Below, in pieces: positions 55,501-62,596 of a stretch of 64,000 nt of DNA; position 1 is the first letter of the stretch; every line of letters starts with the position of its first letter. Source of the stretch: Elusimicrobiota bacterium (GTDB lineage: Bacteria > Elusimicrobiota > Elusimicrobia > UBA1565); the NCBI GenBank assembly GCA_016212885.1, contig JACRDO010000118.1, positions 6,296 through 70,295 on the forward strand, in the 5' to 3' direction. The translations under genes and the position numbers were made by a program. The notes under the pieces are model-generated. The model was not told where the DNA came from, did not search any database, and saw only the letters and a list, made by a program, of their open reading frames with translations.

Positions 55501-55634
55501 GCAGGGATATTCCCGGGAGTCTGGGCGGTCTGGATCCGGACGACTTCCTGGGCCAGCAGCTCGTAGGGCCGCAAGCCCGGCGCGAGCGCCACGAGCAAGG
55601 CTGAGAGGGACCCGGCGATGATTCGTCTGATCAT
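49512..55634 (-). CDS. 2040-aa secreted/membrane mosaic protease: TM region + HExxH motif + subtilisin S8 domain + HEAT repeats + second subtilisin S8 domain
   Basis: Signal peptide. TM helices near residues 270-340. 'VLKHEIKHYL' HExxH motif. S8-1: 'DTGLDASHPDF' / 'GHGTHKAG' / 'GTSMSNPQIAG'. HEAT repeats: 'DPDGRVRQAAFLAIA', 'DKKVRFSAAWLLGQAG'. S8-2: 'YLDEGGDTAHPAI' / 'GHGTHGMGI' / 'MSGTSMAAPHSTG'. Confidence 0.75.
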   Translation of the reverse strand: MIRRIIAGSLSALLVALAPGLRPYELLAQEVVRIQTAQTPGNIPALGVPVSPGGAQSQISQQILKTGPASFLPTVSNISVRSPAAALALPASTVSGPAAKVISRSAVPSIQTAHPDAAVKTEIQAFKAPQLSQIRKSEPVRDMGKPKEIGAAAAEAGQPQEKSLLSRLALPSLINGLKAGAGIEDARRAAAKDFGLRTGESAKPADALHEGEPALSQQDSQAQPAERLLDPAENPAESESASPIEERKPQAAPAQGRQRRWALFPALMTGLSAAGLALITTLHWAATALLPHAAAQALPVVAAGSILGPIFTAASAALAVSTGLLGVWAAWDIGLFVATVARGAKVSDAQFRTFAKKELQRWGLHPSVVSGFLGYAPGRGILKTYRPNSGRFSGFSLGLTQGGSIYVRPELARAPRLFRWVLKHEIKHYLSQRSRAPPAARSHTGKFFDYVIQEVGARLGEWRTNSSMKTLRIPVIDRVLNEAQISLKLKGPYEVLVVHPSSEDLRDPATYRELSSGRAKVTALRTAEGAQLAVSASDVSDYFGKDANQGRFRFIVLPQAHGALPADGTLESKRLDQALKILDDIYMLAHSARFSGALGSAVLGGRPVSSPGEGSAEKAPPGSVEAARLRALAHQAGISLPASLSSGAVNEVVAQLYREFAQERLKGFALMRLIEGLYRGLQDRGAAFLPFAEGDPGLPVVEKLLRYWEASDSGHFLVQRVDLAEGGHVLVARKIEPRVSLWLKPVSGASIARSETNLDAAPEADQEGVLRTMGFSEREIERFGKAGMKVRHVFGADVGQNRAYVTVHKAHAKAIRRYADTAGIRFEPSRGGYALHLIESPGVQNVAPVWKLRIRGEGGRIYDIDTGLDASHPDFADRALQSIDFVNEGPEDWIGHGTHKAGISYANGTIYKGMAPAALGRMGKVFSRSGLGASDGDIMAAAVDALKWGADVVSLSLGSPGTADSPLAEFFSDLTRKKTDAGEFPIGTGSAGNSGPFNRTLSQPSVGVNMISVAAAAKSRDDAEPEIAFYSSVGPALDNRYHIRRVRMKPEITALGGDVTTPPGVKDVYEHGIESVKSVNMPPGPSDTKDALHTRMSGTSMSNPQIAGIALLVKQAVKMGMAAGSEAAGYFLEHLPFSVKMILMRSAADMRVPVFFQGAGFVDALAAVKLAARTFGSKLGALARAARALAAAAGLAAAPAAAPASSWDWISRAEQVWKLEDQVFDAAEAAWKGAQSARQESAQAADNPEEPSEQKPGQAGPDAQAASDAMLKSFAEARAQALPKLLASLKDEVWLVRFYAAFALMNLKAPEAALDLAEAALNDPDGRVRQAAFLAIAETPGFAADELLRKALGEDSQDIGMYSAYVLARHGDASGIRRIIMGLQSADKKVRFSAAWLLGQAGSRATTEASDALAGRLADEAERGNIRHLCVASLTEMADSKAASVTDKAVVAMLDSSGPQNFALTRTVSKFFKTAARKPEFRERLKGEALKSSVLGFIQKHKGAANRPGALGEMVQLLARIVNVPLDLPTPAPDKNGSGVPGVDPNLGPIHLLVEMPSGPLRKGQSLPRIEKFRDFRTDSKDEALSAAGEYGLETETLKRFEAKLQVAMPNAQALWVNVPEAKAAAFTAELEAKGYKVRRARPFYGLIHETGPLSGMPEIRRNGGPTGKGVLIAYLDEGGDTAHPAIDASRIKFKKNFSGEGKEDEVADESIGHGTHGMGIVGARSVDGSPYVGMAPDVDFAIGKVLGANGGTDAMVMAGMEWAASLVDDPLKTPVVVNMSLGGPGNPDDPLSLLVNKLRLKNITVIAAAGNEGPAEGTVGSPANAALAIRIGAADKAKGLTFYSSRGVPGKLDISWVDFGGAVAFNLPNPYEIVSTLATKLVESLRDAPTTVTWKDKALYQTMSGTSMAAPHSTGKFAALIERMASVMAAKFGRLPDGYSFFLEGIIQSTASPMPGRPYEVGAGLIDETKALAALDEALKDPAKVAAESNVMMQAARAKYGDQPAKPAKGMRMNPISALGAVLKRWVLPLFTLFLVPMD

Positions 55635-55644
55635 AACCTGCTCC

Positions 55645-56751
55645 TCAACGGATGAAAATCAGCTCCTCTTTCCGGCCGTATCGGCGCGCCGGCGTCCGTC
55701 GCTTGGCGGAGGCCCGCGGCGCCTTGCGGACCGTCCTACCTGCGTCAAAAACGAGCCCTTCTTCCTCATCCGCGATCCGGCGCTTCTTGTCCCGGCCCGA
55801 AAGGATGCTGCTCGCGGCGCCGATGCGGAACGGCGCGGCGATGCCTGTCATGAGAACGAACGCCCTGCCTGCCTGGGCGCCGGTGGCCTTGATCTCGCTG
55901 TTGACGAAGAAGCTCGCGATTGAGCCGTCCCGCTGCACCCCCAGGACCATGCGCCCCGCGGCCGGCTCCGGCTTGCCGCTCGCCATGCCGATGGATGGCT
56001 CGATCAGCGGCGTCTGCCAGCGGCCCTCCAGCCTGCCGGAAACCGCGCCGAACATATGGTTGAGGCCCGCGCCGGCGAACGGGGTCCAGCGGCCGAAGGC
56101 TTGGCTCACCACGGCGTTCAAGCCGAGGCTGCAGACGTCCCATTCGAGCCGCCCGGTGTTGACGCTGTCTGCGATCAGCCCGGGGGTCAGCTCGACGTTC
56201 TTGAACTGGTTCATGAAGTTGAAATGCCCGAAGACGCGGTTGTAGGCCAGCGCCATGCTGAGAAGAGGCCGGCGCCCCCCGAAGAAATGCCTGCGCAAGC
56301 CCACGCCTATGGTGTTGATCTGGCCGTCGCCTGAGGTCGAATCGGAGAGGCGGTGGCCTCTTGGTATGGTCACGTTCACGAAGCGAAGGCCCATATCCAT
56401 CCTTTGCGGCAGGCCCAGGCGCACATGCGCCGTCAGGTTCGGGTACATCACCTTGTCCGGCAGCATGGCGGCGGGGTCCTTCTCCGCCAGGGCGGAAACC
56501 TGCATGGCCGGGAACGCCGTCTTGTCGTAGGGGATGACGCCGAGGCCGAAGCTGATGTCCGGCTGCATCCGCCAGACCTTCATCTCGTTGGGCGGGTCGA
56601 AGGTGGACCCGGCGTTGAAAGCGAGGCTGCGCGCCGTCTGCCTGGTCAGCCACTCCATGATGCGGGTGAAATCGTCGGACATGCTGGGGTTGGACCAGGC
56701 GGGGGCCGCGGCGAAGAGCGCGGACGCCAAGGCCAGCCCTGAAGCGGTCAT
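55645..56751 (-). CDS. putative outer-membrane protein (hypothetical)
   Basis: Start at 'MTASGLALASALFAAAPAWS' (signal peptide). Amphipathic beta-strand pattern. No recognisable domain. Confidence 0.45.
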   Translation of the reverse strand: MTASGLALASALFAAAPAWSNPSMSDDFTRIMEWLTRQTARSLAFNAGSTFDPPNEMKVWRMQPDISFGLGVIPYDKTAFPAMQVSALAEKDPAAMLPDKVMYPNLTAHVRLGLPQRMDMGLRFVNVTIPRGHRLSDSTSGDGQINTIGVGLRRHFFGGRRPLLSMALAYNRVFGHFNFMNQFKNVELTPGLIADSVNTGRLEWDVCSLGLNAVVSQAFGRWTPFAGAGLNHMFGAVSGRLEGRWQTPLIEPSIGMASGKPEPAAGRMVLGVQRDGSIASFFVNSEIKATGAQAGRAFVLMTGIAAPFRIGAASSILSGRDKKRRIADEEEGLVFDAGRTVRKAPRASAKRRTPARRYGRKEELIFIR

Positions 56752-56919
56752 GTTCGCTACTAGTGTAGGGCGCGCAGGCTTAGGCCGCCTGAACCGGAGG
56801 GCCCAGCGGAAAGGCATTAAATGGCCTAACTCGGATTTCCCTTTTGGACTAAAATAAGACCGGGCCCTCAAAAGGGGCCCGGGTCTTCCGTTTTGGAACC
56901 GTCCGGCGCGCCGGCTTCT

Positions 56920-57597
56920 TTAGGACCCCGTGCCTTCCTCGGCGCAGATGATGCCCATCTCGATGCCCTTGACGACCGCCTCGGTGCGGTTGCTGACGTC
57001 GAGCTTCTGGAAGACGCTGTTGAGGTGGTTCTTGACCGTCTTGACGCTGCACTCGAGACCCGCCGCGATCTCCTTGTTCGCCTGGCCGCGGCCGAGCAGG
57101 GCCAGCACGCGGATCTCGGTCTTGGTAAGGGCCACCAGGGTCGCTTCGGCCGTTGCGCTCGACATCTGCCGCAGGCCCTGGATCAGCTTGCCCATGACCG
57201 GCTGCGGGATCATCACGCCCTCGTTGGCGAAGGTCTTGAGCGCGTTGACGAGCTCGGAGGCCGGAAGCATCTTGGAGAGGTAGCCGTTGGCGCCGGCCTG
57301 GATCGACTCCATGACGTGGGCCTCGTCCTCGTAGGAAGAGAGGATCAGGACGTTCGTGTCCGGGCACTCCTTGCGGATCTGCCGCGTCGCGCTGACGCCG
57401 TCCATGTGCGGCAGCTTGATGTCCATCAGGATGACGTTCGGCTTGAGCTTCTTCGCCATCCGGACGGCCTCGTTCCCGTCGGCGGCCTCCCCGACGACCT
57501 CTATCGATTTCTCGTTCTCGAGCAGGTCCTTGATGCCTTCGCGAAACAGCGTCTGGTCGTCCGCGATCAGGACCGTCAATCTCTTCTTGCCTGCCAT
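56920..57597 (-). CDS. NarL/FixJ-family response regulator (receiver + LuxR-type HTH)
   Basis: 'LIADDQ…ILMDIKLPHMDG' receiver. C-terminal 'LTKTEIRVLALLGRGQANKEIAAGLECSVKTVKNHL' HTH_LuxR. Confidence 0.85.
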   Translation of the reverse strand: MAGKKRLTVLIADDQTLFREGIKDLLENEKSIEVVGEAADGNEAVRMAKKLKPNVILMDIKLPHMDGVSATRQIRKECPDTNVLILSSYEDEAHVMESIQAGANGYLSKMLPASELVNALKTFANEGVMIPQPVMGKLIQGLRQMSSATAEATLVALTKTEIRVLALLGRGQANKEIAAGLECSVKTVKNHLNSVFQKLDVSNRTEAVVKGIEMGIICAEEGTGS

Positions 57598-57645
57598 GAT
57601 GCCTCCGTTGGGTAGTCTAATCTACCAAAAATGCCCGCACGACTT

Positions 57646-58773
57646 CTATCGCGCGCCCTTCTTTTCCTTCATCGCCGGCACCGTGAAGAAGAACGTCGCC
57701 CCCTTGCCGAGGCCCTCGGAGTCCACCCAGATGCGCCCGCCGTGGCTCTGCACGATCTCCTTGGAGATGGACAGGCCCAAGCCCAAACGCCCCTGATTGC
57801 CTGCGCTCGACTGGTAGAAGCTGTTGAAGATCTTCTTGATCTCCTCCGGAGCGATGCCCTCGCCGGTGTCTTTGACCGCGAACTGGACGCCCCCGTCGCC
57901 CGCCTGGACCGCCACGCTGACCTTCCCCCCCTTCGGCGTGTGCCGCAGGGCGTTCTCCAGCAGGTTGCAGAGCACCTGGCCGAGCCTCCGCTTGTCCGCC
58001 TCGATCTGCGGCAGAGACGATGCAACCTGGGTGGACAGGGCCACGCCGCGCTGCTGGGCCTTGGCGGAGGGCCCTTCGATCATGTCTTCGATGAGCTTGG
58101 CCGGGGAGAGCGGGACCTTCTCAAGACGGAATTTTCCCTGCTCGATCGAGGCCCAGTCGACTAAGTCCTCGATGAGGCGCGAGAGCTGGGAGATGCTGCT
58201 CACGATGTACGTCAGCCGCTTCTTCTGCTCCCCGTCCGGCTTGAAGCTCTGCTGGAGCATCTCAAAGGAGACCTGGAGCGTCATCAGGGAGTTCGACAGG
58301 TCGTGCGAGGACATCGAGAGGAACTTCGATTTCATGTTCGAGAGGTAGAGCAGCTGCTCGTTGGCCTTCTGGAGGTCCTCGAGCAGCCTCTTATTGTCCT
58401 GCTGGAGCCGCAGGTTCTCGATCGCCTTCGCGATGTCGCGCCGGAGGTGGTCGAAATCCACCGGCTTGACCAGGAAGTCGTAGACCGACTCCTGGATGGC
58501 CTTCAGCGCCGTATCGAGCGAGGCGTGGGCCGTGAGCATGAGGATCCGGCTGTCCGTGTTCACCCGCCGGATCTGCCGGATGACGTCGATGCCCGTCGAG
58601 TCGGGGAGATTATAGTCCATCAGGATCACGTCGAAGAAGTTCGTCACGACGGCCTTCATCGCCTCGGCGCCGGTGCCGGCCTCCTCCACCGCGTAGCCAT
58701 CCAGCTCCAGGTTGTCGCGGATGCTGTCTCTCAGGTGGGCGTCGTCGTCGACGATCAGGATCTTGGCGTTCAT
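57646..58773 (-). CDS. hybrid response-regulator/histidine kinase (REC-HisKA-HATPase, no sensor domain)
   Basis: Receiver 'ILIVDDD…ILMDYNLPDSTG'. H-box 'SMSSHDLSNSLMTL'. N/G boxes 'LLENALRHTP', 'DTGEGI', 'GLGLGLSISK'. Confidence 0.8.
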   Translation of the reverse strand: MNAKILIVDDDAHLRDSIRDNLELDGYAVEEAGTGAEAMKAVVTNFFDVILMDYNLPDSTGIDVIRQIRRVNTDSRILMLTAHASLDTALKAIQESVYDFLVKPVDFDHLRRDIAKAIENLRLQQDNKRLLEDLQKANEQLLYLSNMKSKFLSMSSHDLSNSLMTLQVSFEMLQQSFKPDGEQKKRLTYIVSSISQLSRLIEDLVDWASIEQGKFRLEKVPLSPAKLIEDMIEGPSAKAQQRGVALSTQVASSLPQIEADKRRLGQVLCNLLENALRHTPKGGKVSVAVQAGDGGVQFAVKDTGEGIAPEEIKKIFNSFYQSSAGNQGRLGLGLSISKEIVQSHGGRIWVDSEGLGKGATFFFTVPAMKEKKGAR

Positions 58774-60782
58774 AGCGTTGGGCGGATCTGCGTCTGGGGG
58801 ATCACGCGGCCCTCGGCGGCCGGGTCCTGGGACGGGGAATACTGCGAGGGCTCAGGCGGCTTTGGAGCGGCCGCGGAGAGGGGCCCGGCTCCCGGCGCGG
58901 GGACATTGCTCGCCAGGGGCAGATAGATCTTGAAGGTCGTGCCCTTGCCGACGGCGCTCTCGACGTCCACTCTGCCCTGGTGGCGGTCGATGACCTTCCG
59001 GACCACGGCAAGCCCCAGGCCCGTGCCCCGCGCTTTCGTGGTGAAGAACGGGGCGAAGATCTTCTCCAGGATGTCCGGGGGGATGCCGCTGCCGTTGTCT
59101 CCGACGTCGATGCGGACCCAGCCCGCGTCCACGACCTCGGTCGTGAGCTTGACCCTGCCGCCGTTGGGCATCACCTCGATGCCGTTGCCGATGAGGTTGC
59201 GGACCGCCTGGCGCATCTCGTCCTGGTCGATATTGACGGTCGCGTCGCGCGGATCGAAGCTCTTGACCGCCTCGATGTGCGGCGGGAACGGATAGACCGA
59301 GACGAGATCTTCCAGGAAGCGGTTGAGGGATAGGACTTCGCATTTCATCTCGCGAGAGCGGGAGTAAGTCAGGATCTCGCTGATGATGCCGTTGGCCTGC
59401 TTGATCTCCGACTCGATGATGGCGATGTGCTTCTCGACCTTCGGGTCCACCTGGCCGGCCTTGCCGAGCTTCGTCTTGATGAAGAAGGTCGAGTTGTTGA
59501 TGACGGCCAGGGGATTGCGTATCTCGTGGCCGACCACGGAGGCCATCGAGCCGATCGCCGCCAGCCGCTCCTTCTTGATCAGCTCGTCCTGCGCTGCCTT
59601 GAGCTCCCGCGTGCGGGCCTCCACGCGCTTCTCGAGGAACTTCGTGAACTTCTCCAGCTCCTCCTTGGCGTGCACGAGCTCTCCAGTCTTGTCCTTGAGC
59701 GACTCGCTCATCTGCACGAACGACTGCGCCAGGTCGCCGATCTCGTCGTTCGTCGTCATCATCTCCGGCAGGTCCTCGAACTGCCCGGCCTTGAGCCTGT
59801 CGGCCGCCTGCTTCAAGGCGCGGACCGGCTGGGTGATGTGGCTCGCCACCGCCCATGCCAGCAGGGCCGTCACCCCGATGACCCAGCAGATGACCCGGTA
59901 AATCTGGCGCCGCATCTCATGGGCGGCCAGATAGGCGGTCTCGACCGGCTGCTGGATGTAGACGACCCAGCCGAGGTCCTTGACCGTCGCAAAGGAGCCC
60001 AGGACCGTCGCGCCGTCCTTGAGGTCGATCTTGCCGCCGCCCTTGTCCGAGACCTGCGTCGTGATGACGTCGAGGACCTCCTTCGGGATCTTGGCGTTCT
60101 TGCGGTACACCTCTTCCGGGTTCGAGTCGGCCACCAGGAAGCCGTCCACGGCCACGACGGAGGCGACCGTCCGGCTTTTCTCCGGGAACTGCTGGTGGAG
60201 CATCTGCGAAAGCCCGTTGAGGCTGATGAGGCCCAGAAGCACGCCCTTGCGCGGAGACAGGGCGGCCTGCGTCGGGTCTAAGATCGATACGGCGATCGTC
60301 AAGGTCGGGTAGAGGTCCTGGAAGCGCTCCAAAGACCCCAGGTACTCGCCGGCCTGCAGAGCCGTCTGGAACGAGGCCTTCTCCGCGAAGCTGCGCATCT
60401 CGGGCGCGGGCCCCAGGAAGCGGCCCATGCGCAGGGTCTCCTTGCCGTTGAGGTCGAAGACCGACAGCTCGAGGAAGGCGGCGTGCTGCTGCATGACGCG
60501 GTTGAGATGCCGCTGCTGCTGGACGGGATCCATCGTCGAGAAGCCTTCGAGCTTGGAGGCGACCGCCAGCACGTTCTTGAAGGTCGAGATGTAGCTGTAG
60601 ACCGTCTCGGCGAACCCCACGGCCTGCGACTGCTGGTTGCGCAGGGATTCTTCCTTGAGGACGTTCTGGGAGATGGCGACGAGCTGCCACCCGACCACCG
60701 CGATGGGCGCGATGGAGATCGTCAAGAACCAGAAGAGAAACTTGTAGGCGAGTCTGCCTCGCCGGACCGACTCCGAGGCCAT
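58770..60782 (-). CDS. sensor histidine kinase with periplasmic Cache-like domain, HAMP, HisKA, HATPase
   Basis: Two TM helices flank a ~250-aa periplasmic region. H-box 'SVVGHEIRNPLAVI'. HATPase 'NLIGNGIEVMPNGG…GDNGSGI…GTGLGLAV'. Overlaps the downstream gene by 4 nt. Confidence 0.8.
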   Translation of the reverse strand: MASESVRRGRLAYKFLFWFLTISIAPIAVVGWQLVAISQNVLKEESLRNQQSQAVGFAETVYSYISTFKNVLAVASKLEGFSTMDPVQQQRHLNRVMQQHAAFLELSVFDLNGKETLRMGRFLGPAPEMRSFAEKASFQTALQAGEYLGSLERFQDLYPTLTIAVSILDPTQAALSPRKGVLLGLISLNGLSQMLHQQFPEKSRTVASVVAVDGFLVADSNPEEVYRKNAKIPKEVLDVITTQVSDKGGGKIDLKDGATVLGSFATVKDLGWVVYIQQPVETAYLAAHEMRRQIYRVICWVIGVTALLAWAVASHITQPVRALKQAADRLKAGQFEDLPEMMTTNDEIGDLAQSFVQMSESLKDKTGELVHAKEELEKFTKFLEKRVEARTRELKAAQDELIKKERLAAIGSMASVVGHEIRNPLAVINNSTFFIKTKLGKAGQVDPKVEKHIAIIESEIKQANGIISEILTYSRSREMKCEVLSLNRFLEDLVSVYPFPPHIEAVKSFDPRDATVNIDQDEMRQAVRNLIGNGIEVMPNGGRVKLTTEVVDAGWVRIDVGDNGSGIPPDILEKIFAPFFTTKARGTGLGLAVVRKVIDRHQGRVDVESAVGKGTTFKIYLPLASNVPAPGAGPLSAAAPKPPEPSQYSPSQDPAAEGRVIPQTQIRPTL

Positions 60783-60804
60783 GATTGCCTGCCCGGCCCT
60801 TGCC

Positions 60805-61194
60805 TTACGCGGCTGGCCCCCTCGACAGCAGCTGCCGGATGCGGACCGATAGTTCCTGGAGATCGAAGGGCTTGGTGATGTACTCGTCGGCGCCGAGCTG
60901 GAAGCCCTGCGTCTTCTCCTCCGAAGAAAGGAAGCGGCCGGTCATCATGATCAGGATGACCTCGCGCGAGTTCTTGCGCAGCGTCTGGAGTATCTGGAAT
61001 CCGCTGGAGTCGGGCAGCTGGATGTCCATGATGACGACCTCGGGGTTGTGCTTCCGGGCGGCCTCGATGCCGTCTTTGGCCGTGGCCGCCTGGACGCACT
61101 GATAGCCCTCCATCTCCAGCACCTCGGCGAGGCTCTCGCTCAGATGGAGGTCGTCATCGATGATCAGCAGCTTCGTAGGGGGCGTTGCGCTCAC
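60805..61194 (-). CDS. single-domain CheY-like response regulator
   Basis: 'LLIIDDD…VIMDIQLPDSSG…IMMTG…ADEYITKP'. Confidence 0.8.
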   Translation of the reverse strand: MSATPPTKLLIIDDDLHLSESLAEVLEMEGYQCVQAATAKDGIEAARKHNPEVVIMDIQLPDSSGFQILQTLRKNSREVILIMMTGRFLSSEEKTQGFQLGADEYITKPFDLQELSVRIRQLLSRGPAA

Positions 61195-61195
61195 G

Positions 61196-62014
61196 TTAAA
61201 CCTCCGATCCCGGAGGGATCAGCTTATATCCGACGCACGGCACCGTCGTGATGAACTTCGCGGCCTTGCCGAGCTTCTCCCGGAGGCGGCGCACATGCAC
61301 GTCCACCGTCCGCGGCGAGCCGAAATAGTTGTAGCCCCAGACCCGCTCGATCAGGTAGGGCCGGCTGAGGACCCGATTGGGGGAGCTGAGGAAGACGTAG
61401 AGCAGGTCGAGCTCCTTGGAGGTCAGCGGGACCACCTTGCCGAGGACCTTGAGCGTATAGCTGGTCAGATTGAGCTCGATGGGGCCCAACCGGAGGATCT
61501 CCTCCTGCGGCTTGACCATCACGCGGGTCAGCACGGCCTTGATGCGCGCGAGGCATTCGGCCACGTCCTGGTCAAGCGAGAGGCACTCGTCGGCGCCGGC
61601 CTGGAAGAAGGCCAGGCGCGCGGAGGTCTTCGCCGCCGACACCCCGCCCGGGGACAGGGGCTGGAACTGGGATTGCGGCCGGATCTGCCCGGAGGTGGTC
61701 CCGTAAGCGGGGACCCTGCGCAGGATCACCGGGTCAGAGGTCTGCTGCGGCACAGGAGCGGGATCGACGATGGCCACGATCGGGAGCTGCCTCGTCGGCC
61801 CACGGGAGCGGAGCAGCTTCACGAGGTCAAGGCCGTCTCCGTCGGCCAGCGTCTGGCTGACGAGCAGCAGGTCGCAGCCGCGCTGGGAGAGCAGGCCGAT
61901 GACCTCCTTCGTCCGTTGGACCACGGTCAGAACGAAGCCGTTGCGGCTGAGCGCCTCCAGGAAGACGCTGGCGCGGTTGGGGTCGCGCGCCGCGCAGAGG
62001 ATGTTGATTCTCAA
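61196..62014 (-). CDS. OmpR/PhoB-type winged-helix regulator with degenerate receiver (phospho-acceptor Asp apparently replaced by Ser)
   Basis: C-terminal 'LTSKELDLLYVFLSSPNRVLSRPYLIERVWGYNYFGSPRTVDVHVRRLREKL' is the Trans_reg_C domain. The N-terminal receiver-like fold has 'ILCAARD' instead of the DD pair and 'DLLLVSQTLADGDG' where D-x-x-x-x-D is expected. Confidence 0.65.
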   Translation of the reverse strand: MRINILCAARDPNRASVFLEALSRNGFVLTVVQRTKEVIGLLSQRGCDLLLVSQTLADGDGLDLVKLLRSRGPTRQLPIVAIVDPAPVPQQTSDPVILRRVPAYGTTSGQIRPQSQFQPLSPGGVSAAKTSARLAFFQAGADECLSLDQDVAECLARIKAVLTRVMVKPQEEILRLGPIELNLTSYTLKVLGKVVPLTSKELDLLYVFLSSPNRVLSRPYLIERVWGYNYFGSPRTVDVHVRRLREKLGKAAKFITTVPCVGYKLIPPGSEV

Positions 62015-62017
62015 GTC

Positions 62018-62446
62018 TTACCCCTCCCCCTCCGCCGGGCCCGTCGGCTCGATCTCGATGTTGAGGCCGCCGAGGCTGCCTGCGAAGAAGTTGTAGAGAA
62101 CGGCGACTACCAGGATCAAGGCGTCCATGAGGACCATGTAAAGGATCGAGAACAGCGCCGTGGAGATGAGCTTCATCAATATGGACATGTCGGCCGTGTT
62201 CGCGCTCGGCATGAAGACGAACGTCACGAGCCCGCCGAAGAACCCGAGGCAGCCGAGGACCGCGGAGATCGCGGGCTTCGCCGCCAGCAGGATGCCGACG
62301 GCCATGACCGCCGCCCCGACGATGGCGACCGTCATGTTCTGGCGCGCATAGCCGAACATCGCGACCAAGGCCCCCAGCAAGGCGACGGTCAAGACGAGCG
62401 GGCTGGCCTTCCAGAACGGATCGATGCGACGGACATGGTATCCCAT
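62018..62446 (-). CDS. hypothetical 4-TM membrane protein
   Basis: 142-aa ORF with four hydrophobic helices. Sits in the two-component cluster. No recognisable domain. Confidence 0.5.
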   Translation of the reverse strand: MGYHVRRIDPFWKASPLVLTVALLGALVAMFGYARQNMTVAIVGAAVMAVGILLAAKPAISAVLGCLGFFGGLVTFVFMPSANTADMSILMKLISTALFSILYMVLMDALILVVAVLYNFFAGSLGGLNIEIEPTGPAEGEG

Positions 62447-62519
62447 GACCCCCCCTAGAAAATGCGGATAACCTTACCGGCGCTTGACTTTTTAGCAGTT
62501 AAATCGGCTCTTCGCAAGT

Positions 62520-62596
62520 GGGGTCAGGTCTGGACAATAGACATTGGCACGATCCACTACTGATGCTAACAATGTCTATTGTCCAGACCTGACCCC
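62520..62596. repeat. perfect 27-bp inverted repeat (hairpin) with 23-nt loop, abutting the stop codon of the HAMP-protein gene
   Basis: GGGGTCAGGTCTGGACAATAGACATTG (62520-62546) and its exact reverse complement at 62570-62596. No flanking U-run. Lower GC than the surrounding sequence. Confidence 0.8.

Noticed and set aside
62520-62596. Interpreting the 27-bp hairpin as a Rho-independent terminator
   Set aside because: No T/U-run follows the stem on either strand, so it is kept as a repeat or structural element rather than a terminator.
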